This document shows, one piece after another, positions 29,291 through 39,604 of a stretch of DNA of 64,000 nucleotides. Source of the stretch: Candidatus Indicimonas acetifermentans. Lineage in GTDB: Bacteria > Gemmatimonadota > Gemmatimonadetes > Palauibacterales > KS3-K002. Numbering within the stretch: position 1 is the stretch's first letter; every line of letters begins with the position of its first letter. The stretch spans positions 381 to 64,380 of the forward strand of contig CANPVX010000002.1 of assembly GCA_947581815.1 (NCBI GenBank), given 5' to 3'. Below the pieces are notes generated by a model that searched no databases, had not been told where the DNA came from, and saw nothing but the letters and a program-made list of their open reading frames with translations. Both the position numbers and the translations under genes were made by a program.

Positions 29291-31483
29291 CTAGCCAGTG
29301 GTAGCCGCCTCGATATCGCTGGACATATCCGTGTCGACTGCCTGGGCCGGGTGACCGCTCACATCTCCCTCCCCCTTCCCGTCACCCGCTGCGCCGTCGT
29401 CGAATTCGGGCAAATCGTCGACCGTGAACCGCTGGGCGTAGCTGGCCAGCTCCGCCGCCGAGATGTTGAGTGCGTTGACCGCGGCGGCGATCTCCTCGGT
29501 TGAAGCGCTCTGTTCCTGCATGCCGGCGGCCAGCTCCTCCATCGCGGCGGCGAATTCCGAGAACGTGTCCGCCACCGAGCTGAGCTGCTCAGCGGTACCA
29601 CTCACACTAGCGTCTACGCTGGCGCTAGCCTCGGAGACCCGGATCGCCCACTTTTCGCCTTCCCCCATCGCCTGGGCCACCTGGTTGAACTCTTCATCCA
29701 TCGAGTCCACCACGGACCCGATCGACTCCGTCGCCTGCTGGGTCTCGCCGATCGCGGCTTGGGCCGCCTCCAACTGACCCAGCACTGCGTTGGTCGTGTC
29801 CTGGGCCCGATCCGCGGCATCGCCCGCCTGCGTCGCCAGTTTGCGGATCTCTTCCGCCAGCACGGCGAAGCCTCGAGCCTCCCCGCCCGCGCGCGCCGCC
29901 TCGATTGCCGCGTTCAGCGCCAGCAGGTTGGTGCGTCGGGCGAACTGTTGGATCAGATCGACGAATTCGCCAAACTGACGCGACGCGTTCATGAACTCGA
30001 GCAGGCGTGATGTGGCCAGCGAGGCGCGCTCGGTCATGTGCTCGACCTGCTGACGCCCCTCTCGCAGGCGCTCGCGATTCGCTTCGGACAACTCGCGAAG
30101 CTGGCGGCTCCGCCCCGTGGCCTCCTCCGCTCCCAGAGCCAGCTCGCGTGCGACGCCGCCGAGGGTCTCCATGCCGCCACTGATTTTCTGAATCGTATCG
30201 GAATGCCGCGAAGCGCTCTCGGTCAGCTTGGTCAGAGTGCCTGTCATCTCCTCGGTGCCGGCTGATAGCTGCTGAACTGCGCTGGCGATCTCGTGACTGC
30301 GAGACCGAGTATGGAAGCTCGCTTCGCGAATAGACGTGACCAGGTCGCGCAGCCGGTCGACCATCCCTTGCACCGCCACACACAGCCTCACAACTTCACC
30401 CGAGCCGACTGCGGCGACCTGGATCCTCAAATCGCCAGCCCCCACCTTGTCCGCCGCCGAAGCGAGCGATCTGACAGGGAGGCTGATCTCCCGCGCAACC
30501 CACGCCCCAGCACCTGCCACGCCGAGTACGCCGATCAGGAGAGCGATGACGACGCCAGCCACGATGGCGCGGCGCGCCGCGATCAATAGACTGTTGGCTC
30601 CTTTCTCCGGCATCCAAGACACTACGGACCAGCGGCCATCCACCGCAGTGCTCACGATACCGATCACCCCCTCGCCGCCCTCGCCCCGTGCTTGCGCCAT
30701 ATCCCCCGTCCGGAGGTTATCCGGCTCGGCATAGGGCGTCAGAAGATGCTCTGGGTGGGGATCCGCAATGATGAGTCCGCGCTCATCGATGACCTGAATG
30801 TACCCGCCCTCCTGGGCGAGCTCCATCAAATCATCGTTGACGTGACCGATATGAAAGACCGCCTTCACCACGCCAACGACCGATTCTCCTGGACCCGGGA
30901 CCGACATCGACAGCGAAAGAGCGATCGAAGCGGCCGACTCGTCGAGCTCGACTTCGGACAAGTGAGCCCCCTCCGAGAACGCAGTCTGCCACCACTCTTC
31001 ATCGCGCTGAACGAAATCTGATGTGCGTCCGCTTGACGCGACGACAAAGCCGTTGCGATCCGTCACGAAGACCTCCGCGAATAGACCGCTATCTACGAGA
31101 TCACGTAGATAATCGTCGGTCTCGGCCTTGGTGCTTAACCGGCGCTCGCTCTCCATGCGACGCTCGAGCTCGTCAATCGCCAGCCGATCGAGGCCCAGCT
31201 GACGCGCTCTGCGGCCGCCCGAGATGGCGGCGTCGACTATCGAGGGAGTGAGGGTCAGAATCTCAACCTGGGAGTGAGCGTGCTGAACGGTGGCCTCGAC
31301 GACGCTAGCGGCCGCATGGCTGCGCTCGGCCAGCTCGCGTCGCACCTGTGGGTCGACCAGCCGTTCCGCGGCGCCCCAGGCGAGGGCCGCAAAGGCGACG
31401 ATCACGACCACGAGTGCTACTCCGCCTACCACAAAGAGAATCCGGCGGAGGTCGGCGACCTTCAAATCGGCCGACTGGGCCAA
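29291..31483 (-). CDS. methyl-accepting chemotaxis protein with periplasmic Cache-like sensor and HAMP
   Basis: 730 aa. Two TM segments flank an approximately 270-aa sensor domain. The highly conserved MCP signalling region [34 protein letters not shown] is present. Confidence 0.9.
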   Translation of the reverse strand: MAQSADLKVADLRRILFVVGGVALVVVIVAFAALAWGAAERLVDPQVRRELAERSHAAASVVEATVQHAHSQVEILTLTPSIVDAAISGGRRARQLGLDRLAIDELERRMESERRLSTKAETDDYLRDLVDSGLFAEVFVTDRNGFVVASSGRTSDFVQRDEEWWQTAFSEGAHLSEVELDESAASIALSLSMSVPGPGESVVGVVKAVFHIGHVNDDLMELAQEGGYIQVIDERGLIIADPHPEHLLTPYAEPDNLRTGDMAQARGEGGEGVIGIVSTAVDGRWSVVSWMPEKGANSLLIAARRAIVAGVVIALLIGVLGVAGAGAWVAREISLPVRSLASAADKVGAGDLRIQVAAVGSGEVVRLCVAVQGMVDRLRDLVTSIREASFHTRSRSHEIASAVQQLSAGTEEMTGTLTKLTESASRHSDTIQKISGGMETLGGVARELALGAEEATGRSRQLRELSEANRERLREGRQQVEHMTERASLATSRLLEFMNASRQFGEFVDLIQQFARRTNLLALNAAIEAARAGGEARGFAVLAEEIRKLATQAGDAADRAQDTTNAVLGQLEAAQAAIGETQQATESIGSVVDSMDEEFNQVAQAMGEGEKWAIRVSEASASVDASVSGTAEQLSSVADTFSEFAAAMEELAAGMQEQSASTEEIAAAVNALNISAAELASYAQRFTVDDLPEFDDGAAGDGKGEGDVSGHPAQAVDTDMSSDIEAATTG

Positions 31484-31567
31484 GACTGACCTCCAGCTAT
31501 TTTCGGGTGGTTATGCCGACAGAACGGAGGGGAGGGATAACCAAATGCTGCGTAATAGTTTGTGGCG

Positions 31568-33058
31568 TTAGGTGCTTTTAGTCAAGTCGATGGACAGCTG
31601 GGGCCAGATTTCGTCGATCCTCCGGCGTGTCTCGTCATCCATAACGATCTTGTCGGGCCACTCGCGGTTGAACCCCTCCTCGGGCCATTTACGCGTGGCA
31701 TCGATGCCCATCTTGCTGCCGTACGTGAAGCCTCTGGAGGAATGGTCCAGCACGTCCATCGGCCCCATGCTGAACTGGATATCCCGTTGAGGATCGATGT
31801 TGTTCAGCGCTACCCACCAGGTCTCCCTGACGTCTCGAACGTTGGTGTCTTTGTCGACGACGATGATCACCTTCGCCAGCGACATGAGCCCCTGGCCCCA
31901 AAGTCCGTTGATCACCTTCCTAGCTTGCCCGGGGAACTGCTTGTCGATGCTGACGAATACGAGGTTGTGGAAGATTCCCTCGGGTGGCATGTGGTAGTCG
32001 ACCACTTCGGGCAGGGTCATCCGGAGAAGAGGCAGGAAGATGCGCTCGGTCGCGTGACCGAGATAGTAGTCCTCCATCGGCGGGCGGCCGACGATCGTCG
32101 CCGGGTAGAGAGCGTTCTCCCGCCGGGTCACCGCCTCCACATGTACGCATGGGTAGTAGTCCGCCAGTGAATAAAAGCCCGTGTGGTCGCCGAAGGGCCC
32201 CTCGAGAACGAGCTCCTCGCCGGGGTCGATGTAACCCTCGATCACGATCTCAGCCTCCGCCGGCACCGGAAGCTCCGAGGTCAGCGCCCGCGCCAGCCTC
32301 ACCGGCGACGATCGCAAGAAACCGGCGAACACGAACTCGTCGACCTGCGGTGGGAGTGGCGCGCTGGCCGCGTACATGGTAGCCGGGTCGGCGCCCAGCG
32401 CGATGACGACGGGCATGCGCTCACCGCGCTCCGCCATCGCTCGCCAGTGATGCGCTCCGACCTTGTGCCGCTGCCAGTGCATCGCCAGCCGCCTCTCGTC
32501 CAAGATCTGGATCCGGTACAGCCCCGCGTTCAGGATCCCTGTCTGCGGGTGGCGGGTGATCACCAGAGGGAGCGTGATGTAAGATCCTCCGTCCTGAGGC
32601 CAGCACTTCAGGTGGGGAATGCGCGTCACGTCCGCCTCGGTATCTCTCTGTACGATCTTCTGGCAGGGTGGCGAGCCGCGATAGGCCCGGGGGGGATACT
32701 TCGTCACTTCAGCCAGCTTCGGCAGCATCGCGATCTTATCGACCAGCTTCTCGGGAACCTGAATCTTGAACATGTCCTCGATCCGCCGCCCGATCGAGTC
32801 CAGGTCCTCCACGCCGAGAGCCATGGCCATCCGCCGATAGCTTCCGAACAGATTAATGGCAACCGGCAACTCGCTCCGCTCCCCATCCAGAAGCGTCACG
32901 TTCTCGAACAGGAGGGCCGGACCGCCGCCCGGACTCTTCATGCAACGGTCTGCGATCTCCGTTATCTCACGGTCGACCGAGACCGGATGGGAGATGCGGA
33001 CGAGCTCGCCATGCGCCTCGAGGTCCTCGATGAACTCGCTGAGTTTGTCGTACGCCAT
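31568..33058 (-). CDS. ubiD: UbiD-family prenyl-FMN-dependent decarboxylase (MqnM-like)
   Basis: 496 aa. MAYDKLSEFIEDLEAHGELVRI, typical UbiD N-terminus and length. Confidence 0.88.
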   Translation of the reverse strand: MAYDKLSEFIEDLEAHGELVRISHPVSVDREITEIADRCMKSPGGGPALLFENVTLLDGERSELPVAINLFGSYRRMAMALGVEDLDSIGRRIEDMFKIQVPEKLVDKIAMLPKLAEVTKYPPRAYRGSPPCQKIVQRDTEADVTRIPHLKCWPQDGGSYITLPLVITRHPQTGILNAGLYRIQILDERRLAMHWQRHKVGAHHWRAMAERGERMPVVIALGADPATMYAASAPLPPQVDEFVFAGFLRSSPVRLARALTSELPVPAEAEIVIEGYIDPGEELVLEGPFGDHTGFYSLADYYPCVHVEAVTRRENALYPATIVGRPPMEDYYLGHATERIFLPLLRMTLPEVVDYHMPPEGIFHNLVFVSIDKQFPGQARKVINGLWGQGLMSLAKVIIVVDKDTNVRDVRETWWVALNNIDPQRDIQFSMGPMDVLDHSSRGFTYGSKMGIDATRKWPEEGFNREWPDKIVMDDETRRRIDEIWPQLSIDLTKST

Positions 33059-33067
33059 CGGCCCTCT

Positions 33068-33916
33068 CTAAGAAACAACGTCCGGCCCGGCGTTCGAGCC
33101 TCGCTCCGCGCCGACCGGGTCTACCCCACGCTCTCCCCACCAAAGGCATGCGATACCGCCGCTCAGGCGCTTCCAGCCAATCTCGACGAATCCGGCGGTC
33201 CTCAGCCGCTCCGCCAGCTGGTCCGGCTCGTCGAACGCCCGCACGGACTCTGGTAGGTAACTGTAGGCGTAGCTATGTTTTGAGACCAGTCGCCCCACCA
33301 GAGGCAACAGGCGCGTGAAGTAATTGAGATACAGGCCCCGCAACGGCTGGCGCTCGGGCGTGGAGAAATCGAGTATGACCAGATGGCCGCCCGGTCGCAG
33401 CACCCGGTGAAGCTCACGAACCCCCGCATCGATATCGGTCAGGTTCCGGATCCCGAAGGCGATCATCGCTCCATCGAAGCAGCCGCTGACGGCAGGGAGG
33501 TGGAGAGCGTCGGCGTTTACAGGGATCACCGGATAGGGCCTGATCTTTGGGCGCCCCTCGCGCAGCATCGCGTCGGCGAAATCGGCCGCCACGACTCTGC
33601 CCGCGAAGCCCGGGCGATGCGCGAGCTCTATAGCCAGGTCATATGTTCCCGTACAACTGTCGAGATAGAGCCCGCGTGGCCGCGCCTCCCATCCGAGGTG
33701 GTCGATCGCGCGCCGCCGCCAAAAACGATCGATGTTGAGGCTGAGCAGATGGTTGAGCAGGTCGTAGCGAGGCGCGATCGCCGAGAACATCTCTCGGACG
33801 GCTCTCGCTCGTTCGGCTGGGCTACCGGCCTCCAGCGGGGTGGGCGGCAACTCTTGGGAGGTGGCCATGGGTGGCCGCGAACATATCGGCGAGCCAAAGA
33901 CCCGGCAAGCGGCCAA
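33068..33916 (-). CDS. ubiE: demethylmenaquinone/ubiquinone C-methyltransferase
   Basis: UbiE/MenG family: YDLLNHLLSLNIDRFWRR and the SAM-binding LDSCTGTYDL motif. Confidence 0.85.
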   Translation of the reverse strand: MAACRVFGSPICSRPPMATSQELPPTPLEAGSPAERARAVREMFSAIAPRYDLLNHLLSLNIDRFWRRRAIDHLGWEARPRGLYLDSCTGTYDLAIELAHRPGFAGRVVAADFADAMLREGRPKIRPYPVIPVNADALHLPAVSGCFDGAMIAFGIRNLTDIDAGVRELHRVLRPGGHLVILDFSTPERQPLRGLYLNYFTRLLPLVGRLVSKHSYAYSYLPESVRAFDEPDQLAERLRTAGFVEIGWKRLSGGIACLWWGERGVDPVGAERGSNAGPDVVS

Positions 33917-33947
33917 ACCGCCCTAACGCGCCAGGCCGTAGGATCAG

Positions 33948-34569
33948 TGTGACTGAGCGAGCCCGACAGCCGGACGCCCCCGATCCGCCCGATGATAAGG
34001 AACTTGTCGCGCGAGCCCTGAAGGGCGACGAGCGGGCACTCGCGGAGCTGTTGGAGCGGTTCCGCCGCCCCGTCTTCTCTCTGATCTATCGAATGGTTCG
34101 GGACAGGGAGCTCGCAGAAGACTTGGCGCAGGAATCCTTCGTCAAAGCCTTCAACAACCTGGACAGCTACAAGCCCAGCTACCGCTTCTCATCCTGGATC
34201 TTCAAGATCGCCAACAATCACGCGATCGATCACCTCAGGCGGGCCCGCCTCAAAACGGTTTCGATCCACGGCTCTCCACACGCCACGGATACTCAGCGCG
34301 AGCAGGAGACCCGGATCGTCCTCGAGTCCACCGGAGAGACGCCCGAACAAGAGATGATGGCGCTGGAGCTGGGGAGCGAGATCGAAGTGGCGATCGGTCA
34401 CTTGCGCGCCGAATATAGGACGGCGGTCATCCTGCGCCATATAGAGAGCCGGCCCTACGAGGAGATCGCCGAGATCATGGGCGTTCCGATCGGCACAGTG
34501 AAAACGTTCCTGCACCGCGCCCGGGCCGAGCTCCGGGAGCACCTGGCGCACCTGCGGGAGGAGCGCTGA
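33948..34569 (+). CDS. ECF (group IV) RNA polymerase sigma factor
   Basis: sigma-2 region DLAQESFVKAFNNLDSY and a sigma-4 HTH (YEEIAEIMGVPIGTVKT). GTG start chosen downstream of the ubiE stop. Confidence 0.85.
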
Positions 34570-34639
34570 GGGGCCGGGCCCTGGGGGTTGAAACCCTGGG
34601 GGGGGCAGCCGCGTAGTGGAGACTGAGCGAGCAGGTACT

Positions 34640-35257
34640 ATGAAAAATTGGAATTCTGAGGGACACCTCACCGATCTGGCGCAGGAACTCTGGGCTTCCG
34701 GCGAAGCCGAGGACCAGGACATCCAGCGCATCGACAGCCACCTCCGTGGTTGCCCGGCTTGCCGGGCGCACCAGGCGGAGTGGCGGGAGCTTTTCCACGC
34801 CCTCGCTTCCCTGCCGGTCCTAGAGCCTTCCCCTTCCTTTGATCGCCTGGTGATGGAGCGGGTCAGAAAGCCCGCCGCCGAGTCTGCGGCGGCTTCCTGG
34901 CTGCCGGCCCTGGTTCGCCGACTGCGGCCCGTGGCCGTGGTCACCACGGCACTCTGGACGGGCGTGGTGATCGGAGGAGCCGTGTGGCTGGAGGCGAGCC
35001 TGGGGGTCTCCTTGGCGACGCTGATCGCCCGTTCGCTGGCATTCGCCCGGGAACTGGCGTGGAGCGCCGTGATCAAGATTGGCGCGCTGGCACATGTCAG
35101 CGGGCTCTTGGAAGTGTGGGGGGAGATGGTCAGAACAGTGCCGGGGCCAGGTGTGTTGAGCGCGGTGGCGCTCATGACGGCTCTGGCCGGGCTCGCGATC
35201 TGGGGACTGTATCGGGTGACAGGCTATCAACCTTCAAGGGTGAACGCACATGTTTGA
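34640..35257 (+). CDS. zinc-binding (ZAS-type) anti-sigma factor, single-pass membrane
   Basis: HLRGCPACRAHQAEW is the HxxxCxxC motif. A TM helix sits mid-protein. Tight spacing after the sigma gene. Confidence 0.7.
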   Translation: MKNWNSEGHLTDLAQELWASGEAEDQDIQRIDSHLRGCPACRAHQAEWRELFHALASLPVLEPSPSFDRLVMERVRKPAAESAAASWLPALVRRLRPVAVVTTALWTGVVIGGAVWLEASLGVSLATLIARSLAFARELAWSAVIKIGALAHVSGLLEVWGEMVRTVPGPGVLSAVALMTALAGLAIWGLYRVTGYQPSRVNAHV

Positions 35258-36902
35258 GCGTATGGGGCGCTTCGGGTCGTTATTGGGAACTTCCCTCGCG
35301 ATAGCGGTCGTGCTGGGATCGGGTCCCGTGATGGCGCAGGAGATCGTGCAGACCTCAGTATCTCTGAGCGATCACGAGTCGACCCTAGCCCTCGAACTGG
35401 CCGACGGAGGTTCGTTAGAGGTCAGCTTGAGCGGTGGCAACATCTACATAGATGGAGCCGAAGCGGGCGCCTATACGGCCGGCGGAGTCTTGGAGACCGC
35501 CTGGCGCGAGCTCCTAACGAGCGCGTCCGGCGACTTCAAAGGGGCCTGGGCCGCGTTCGATGATCTCGAAGCTGCAGGCGCCGAGGGGGCAGCCCTGGAG
35601 TCGATTCGGGGGGCGCTCGAGGCCGCCTTCGCCGGTGTAACGGCAGCGACGGCGCCGAACGTGGCGGCGACGAGCGAGGTGGCCGCCCAGGCGGCCACGT
35701 TGGAGGACATCTCGGCTTCCATCGCGGCGGCGACCGAGGCGGCGACGGCCGTTGCGGTTCTGCAAGAGCTAGTGGATGGCGGGCTCGTCGTTCAGATCCC
35801 CGAGGTCGAGGGTCTGGCGCGCAGTCTGGGTCGCGTAGGGTTGGCTCCAGGTCTGTCCCGATTGCTGAACGGGGATCTCTCGACTCCTCTGCGGATCGTG
35901 GTGGAGGCCGACCGCTACTTCCTACCCGAGGGCGCGCGGCTGGACGGATCGCTGGTCTTGGTCGAGACGGACGGGATTGTGGCCGGTACGGTGGCGGGGA
36001 ACGTCCTCGTGGCGGAGGGCTCCCTCGTCATCGAGCCCACGGCCCAGATCATGGGCAATGTTGTTTCGATCGAGTCCACCATCGAGAACCTGGGCGGATC
36101 TATCGCGGGAGACATTAAGTACATCGAAGATTTCAGCCCCGTCATCCTCGCCCCGCGGCCCCGGGTCATCACACGGAGGGCGACACCGCCCTCCTTCATG
36201 CGCAACGTGGCCAGGGGCATGGGGGGGCTGTTGAGCACGGCTGCCGTTTACGTGCTGATGTGCTTCCTAGGTTTCGTGGTCGTGTACTTCTTCCGCGGCC
36301 ACCTAGAGACTGTGAGCGACACCGTCTCGTTCAGTTTCGGGCGCTCATTCCTCACCGGCTTGTTCGCGGAGATGCTGGTTCTTCCGATCTTCGTGATCCT
36401 CGCAGTTCTGGTACTCACTTGGATTGCGATACCGTTCTACGTGCTAGGCGTCGTGTTGGCCGCAGTGCTGGGCTACCTGGCCGTTGCGCACGCAGCGGGT
36501 GAGAATCTCACGCGGCGGCGCTATCCCTCGTGGGCGGCGCGAATGCGTCGCTCCAATTCCTACTACTACGTCCTCAACGGTCTTGCCGTGTTGTTGGCTC
36601 TTTTCGTCACGGCATCCGTCGCCGAGATGGCCAGGCCGATCCTCGGCTGGGCTCAGGGCCTGCTGATCGCGGCGGCGGTGATCCTCACGTGGGTCGCGAG
36701 CACGGCAGGATTCGGTGCCGTACTTCTGTCGCACGCCGGCAGGCGCCGCAACTTCGCGCGACCCTCCGAAGTCCCCGCGCTCTCGGTCGATTCGCTGGCC
36801 AGCATCAGACCCGCTCGCCGCCGAGCCGAGAGTCCGAGGCCGAAGAGCACCGGCACCGACACCGACACGAACATCGATATGGGAGACGATCGTGAGGCTT
36901 AG
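35250..36902 (+). CDS. secreted/membrane protein with bactofilin-like beta-helical repeats and a C-terminal 4-TM anchor
   Basis: Signal peptide, then an Ala-rich segment, then repeats IVAGTVAGNVLVAEGSLVIEPTAQIMGNVVSIESTIENLGGSIAGDIKY typical of bactofilin/DUF583. Hydrophobic helices follow. Confidence 0.5.
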   Translation: MFERMGRFGSLLGTSLAIAVVLGSGPVMAQEIVQTSVSLSDHESTLALELADGGSLEVSLSGGNIYIDGAEAGAYTAGGVLETAWRELLTSASGDFKGAWAAFDDLEAAGAEGAALESIRGALEAAFAGVTAATAPNVAATSEVAAQAATLEDISASIAAATEAATAVAVLQELVDGGLVVQIPEVEGLARSLGRVGLAPGLSRLLNGDLSTPLRIVVEADRYFLPEGARLDGSLVLVETDGIVAGTVAGNVLVAEGSLVIEPTAQIMGNVVSIESTIENLGGSIAGDIKYIEDFSPVILAPRPRVITRRATPPSFMRNVARGMGGLLSTAAVYVLMCFLGFVVVYFFRGHLETVSDTVSFSFGRSFLTGLFAEMLVLPIFVILAVLVLTWIAIPFYVLGVVLAAVLGYLAVAHAAGENLTRRRYPSWAARMRRSNSYYYVLNGLAVLLALFVTASVAEMARPILGWAQGLLIAAAVILTWVASTAGFGAVLLSHAGRRRNFARPSEVPALSVDSLASIRPARRRAESPRPKSTGTDTDTNIDMGDDREA

Positions 36903-37755
36903 CTCTACACTATTGCTGGCCGTTCTGCTGCTCGGGGGCGGGGGCCTTGGCGCGCCGGCCGCGGCGCAGAGCTGGCGAAACGAGGGCGTGAAGCGCCAGC
37001 GGAGCAGCGAAGAATCCCTCGACATCAAAGTGAAATATCACGTCGGCCGCTTCGAGTTGAACCGGCTATCCGGGGATGTGCTCTACTCGATCCAATCGCG
37101 TTACGACGAAGAGGCGTTTGACCTTTACAGCACGTATCGGGCGGTAGACGGCCGAGGTCGCTTACGCATCGGTCTGGAAGGGAGAGACATCGAAATCAAG
37201 AGCTTCCGCGACTACAACATCGAAGCGGGCAAGCTCGAGCTAGGCGTCTCCGACGCGACGCCGCTCTCGATCAGCCTGGAGCTGGGTGCTGTGGAGGCCG
37301 TCATGGATTTGGGTGGCCTTCGACTCCGTAGCCTGCAGGTCAAAGCCGGCGCCAGCGACGTGCGCATCCGCTTCAGCGAAAGGAACCCCGAGGCGGCCGA
37401 GAGCTGCATATTCAAGGCCGGCGCAGCGTCCCTCCACATCGAGTCGTTGGGGAATTCCGGCTGCAGGTATATCGAATTCACGGGCGGCGTCGGGACGATA
37501 ACGCTGGACTTCTCAGGCGGATGGGATTACGACGCTAAGGGCGACATCAAGGTGGGCCTCGGGACGATCGTGATACGCGTGCCTGAAGAATTGGGCGTCC
37601 GCATAGAGCGCAATACGTTCCTCATGTCATTCGAAGCGCCGGGATTTTGGAAGGGTGATGGCGTTTGGGTGAGTAAGAACTGGAGCGAAGCTTCGAATCG
37701 GCTCGAGTTGAATCTCAGCGGCGCCCTCGGTTCGATTCGCATCGCACGCAGCTAG
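36894..37755 (+). CDS. secreted all-beta protein (LiaF/YvlB-like toast-rack or DUF4097-like)
   Basis: GTG start overlapping the previous stop. Signal peptide LLLAVLLLGGGGLGAPAAAQ. Repetitive beta-strand pattern. Confidence 0.45.
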
Positions 37756-37846
37756 TCAATCCTCTAGAGACCACTTGATCCGCACCAGCTGCGCCGAGCT
37801 CGGCCGCGGCTCCGAAGATCCGTCAGGAGCTCGCGCTCTGGCTCGC

Positions 37847-38980
37847 TCAGTCGACGTCTGCTAGCGAGGCGGCAACTTTCTCAGCCAGGTCGATCAGCGC
37901 CCTGCCTTCCGGCGAGTCGGAGGCGGTCAGAACGGTCGGCTCGCCGCGGTCGGAATTGCCTACCACAGCGGCGCCCAGCGGCACCTCCCCCAGGAATGGG
38001 ACCCCGGCTATCGCCGCCAGCTTCCGCCCTCCGCCGCGACCGAACAGATCGGTCCGCTCACCGCAGTGCGGGCAGGCGAACCCGCTCATGTTCTCGATCA
38101 CTCCGAGGACCGGGACGTCGACGCGCTCGAACATCTTGATCCCCTTGAGCACATCCGCCGTCGCGACTCCCTGTGGTGTCGTTACCAAAACAGCTCCGTC
38201 CACCTTGACCAGCTGCACTAAAGATAATTGAGCGTCTCCGGTCCCCGGCGGCATATCGACGAAGAGGTAATCGAGCTTTCCCCAGTCCACCTGTTGAAGG
38301 AACTGCCGGATGATCCCCATGACTATCGGCCCTCGCCATATGGCTGGCGTGTCCTCGTCCAGCAGAAAGCCGACGCTAATCAACTTCACACCGTGCGCCT
38401 CCAGCGGCACCACGCGCTCTTCGCGCGTGACCTGCGGCCTGCCGTAGGCTCCGAACATTATCGGAATGTTCGGCCCGTATACATCCGCGTCGAGAAGCCC
38501 CACAGCGTAGCCACGGCTGGCGAGGGCCGCGGCGATGTTGGTCGCGACCGTAGACTTCCCCACGCCGCCTTTACCCGAGCTGATGGCGACGACACGTCGG
38601 ACCCCCGGGATGGTCTGCGGCTTCGGGGGCGCCGGAACGGGTCGCGACGGCGGCGGTCCTGGCGGCGCGTCCTGAGGCCCGCCTCCAGCTTCAGGGCCCA
38701 CCACCGGGAGCTTGCGACGGCTGTTGGGCCGCTGCTGCGCAGTCTGCTCCACCTCCACGCTCGCCGTCACTACACCGGCCACCGACTCGGCGGCGACCCG
38801 CGCTGCGTCTATGAGCGGATTGTCGGCCTCCACCTTCAACTTGAACCGGACCTCGCCGGATCCGGAAGCGGTCAAGCCTCGCACGACTCCGGCTGCGATG
38901 ATGTCTCGTCCTGTCTCGGGGTGGGTCACGCCGCGAAGCGCGGTTGCCACCGCCTTCAGCAGGTCACGGTCATCGGCCAT
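37847..38980 (-). CDS. Mrp/ApbC/NBP35-family Fe-S cluster carrier ATPase with N-terminal DUF59/MIP18 domain
   Basis: N-terminal DUF59, a Pro-rich linker, then AISSGKGGVGKSTVATN deviant Walker A and a CPHCGE Cys pair. Confidence 0.9.
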   Translation of the reverse strand: MADDRDLLKAVATALRGVTHPETGRDIIAAGVVRGLTASGSGEVRFKLKVEADNPLIDAARVAAESVAGVVTASVEVEQTAQQRPNSRRKLPVVGPEAGGGPQDAPPGPPPSRPVPAPPKPQTIPGVRRVVAISSGKGGVGKSTVATNIAAALASRGYAVGLLDADVYGPNIPIMFGAYGRPQVTREERVVPLEAHGVKLISVGFLLDEDTPAIWRGPIVMGIIRQFLQQVDWGKLDYLFVDMPPGTGDAQLSLVQLVKVDGAVLVTTPQGVATADVLKGIKMFERVDVPVLGVIENMSGFACPHCGERTDLFGRGGGRKLAAIAGVPFLGEVPLGAAVVGNSDRGEPTVLTASDSPEGRALIDLAEKVAASLADVD

Positions 38981-39114
38981 CTATCAGAAAACTCCTGCGG
39001 CGAGCAGCCAAACGTTTGGATCCAGCTTCGAACTATGCCTCAACCAACGAAAAAACCGGCGGAGTAGCAACCCCGACCGGCCAGACTGAGATGCCTTCTT
39101 GAATGGCTTTGAGA

Positions 39115-39354
39115 TCAGAGCGCTACGACGCTCTTCACCTCCGGAAGGCGATTGCGCAACCTGTACTCGATCCCCGCCCTCAGCGTCATATGCGAGTAAG
39201 GGCACGTGTGGCACGCACCCGTCAGACGCAGGTCGACACGGCCTTCGCCCTCGTCGTAGTCCACCAATTCAACGTCTCCTCCGTCGGCCCGCACCGCCGG
39301 ACGGATTTGGTCGATTACCGCTTCGATCTTGTCCCGCATGGTCGCTGTTGCCAT
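39115..39354 (-). CDS. NifU-like (Nfu) Fe-S cluster assembly domain protein
   Basis: 79 aa from MATATMRDK. The CHTCPYS CxxC motif. GGAGGG ribosome-binding site 7 nt upstream. Confidence 0.8.
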   Translation of the reverse strand: MATATMRDKIEAVIDQIRPAVRADGGDVELVDYDEGEGRVDLRLTGACHTCPYSHMTLRAGIEYRLRNRLPEVKSVVAL

Positions 39355-39472
39355 CCAGCCCTCCGGCCTTATCGGGCTCCGCCGCCCTCCCTGTCCGAAC
39401 ACACGATAAATTTAAGAGCAGCGCCCAGACGCGTCAACTTGGGTTAACCACAAGTCGCTAGCCCGTAAGGTG

Positions 39473-39501
39473 TTGCGCAATTTGGCCAACATGATTATGC
39501 T
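39473..39501 (+). promoter_or_regulatory. candidate sigma70-type promoter for the BY-kinase gene (TTGCGC, 17-nt spacer, TATGCT)
   Basis: A -35/-10 pair with canonical 17-nt spacing in a locally low-GC spacer, about 100 nt upstream of the 39605 start. A short GGGTCC/GGACCC hairpin follows at 39504..39519. Confidence 0.3.
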
Positions 39502-39604
39502 AAGGGTCCTCCCGGACCCCTTTTCCCAACATGTGTCTTCCTTGCCCGGATGCCGTTCCTCCTAGGCGCGATTGGTGCGGCGGTGAGAGATTGAGGAGAA
39601 TCCG

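Noticed and set aside
34570-34615. Repeated ccctgggggg motif between the sigma and anti-sigma genes as a regulatory repeat
   Set aside because: Only two short copies in a 46-nt spacer of a G-rich genome. Most likely incidental and RBS-adjacent. Mentioned under the ECF finding and not called as a feature.
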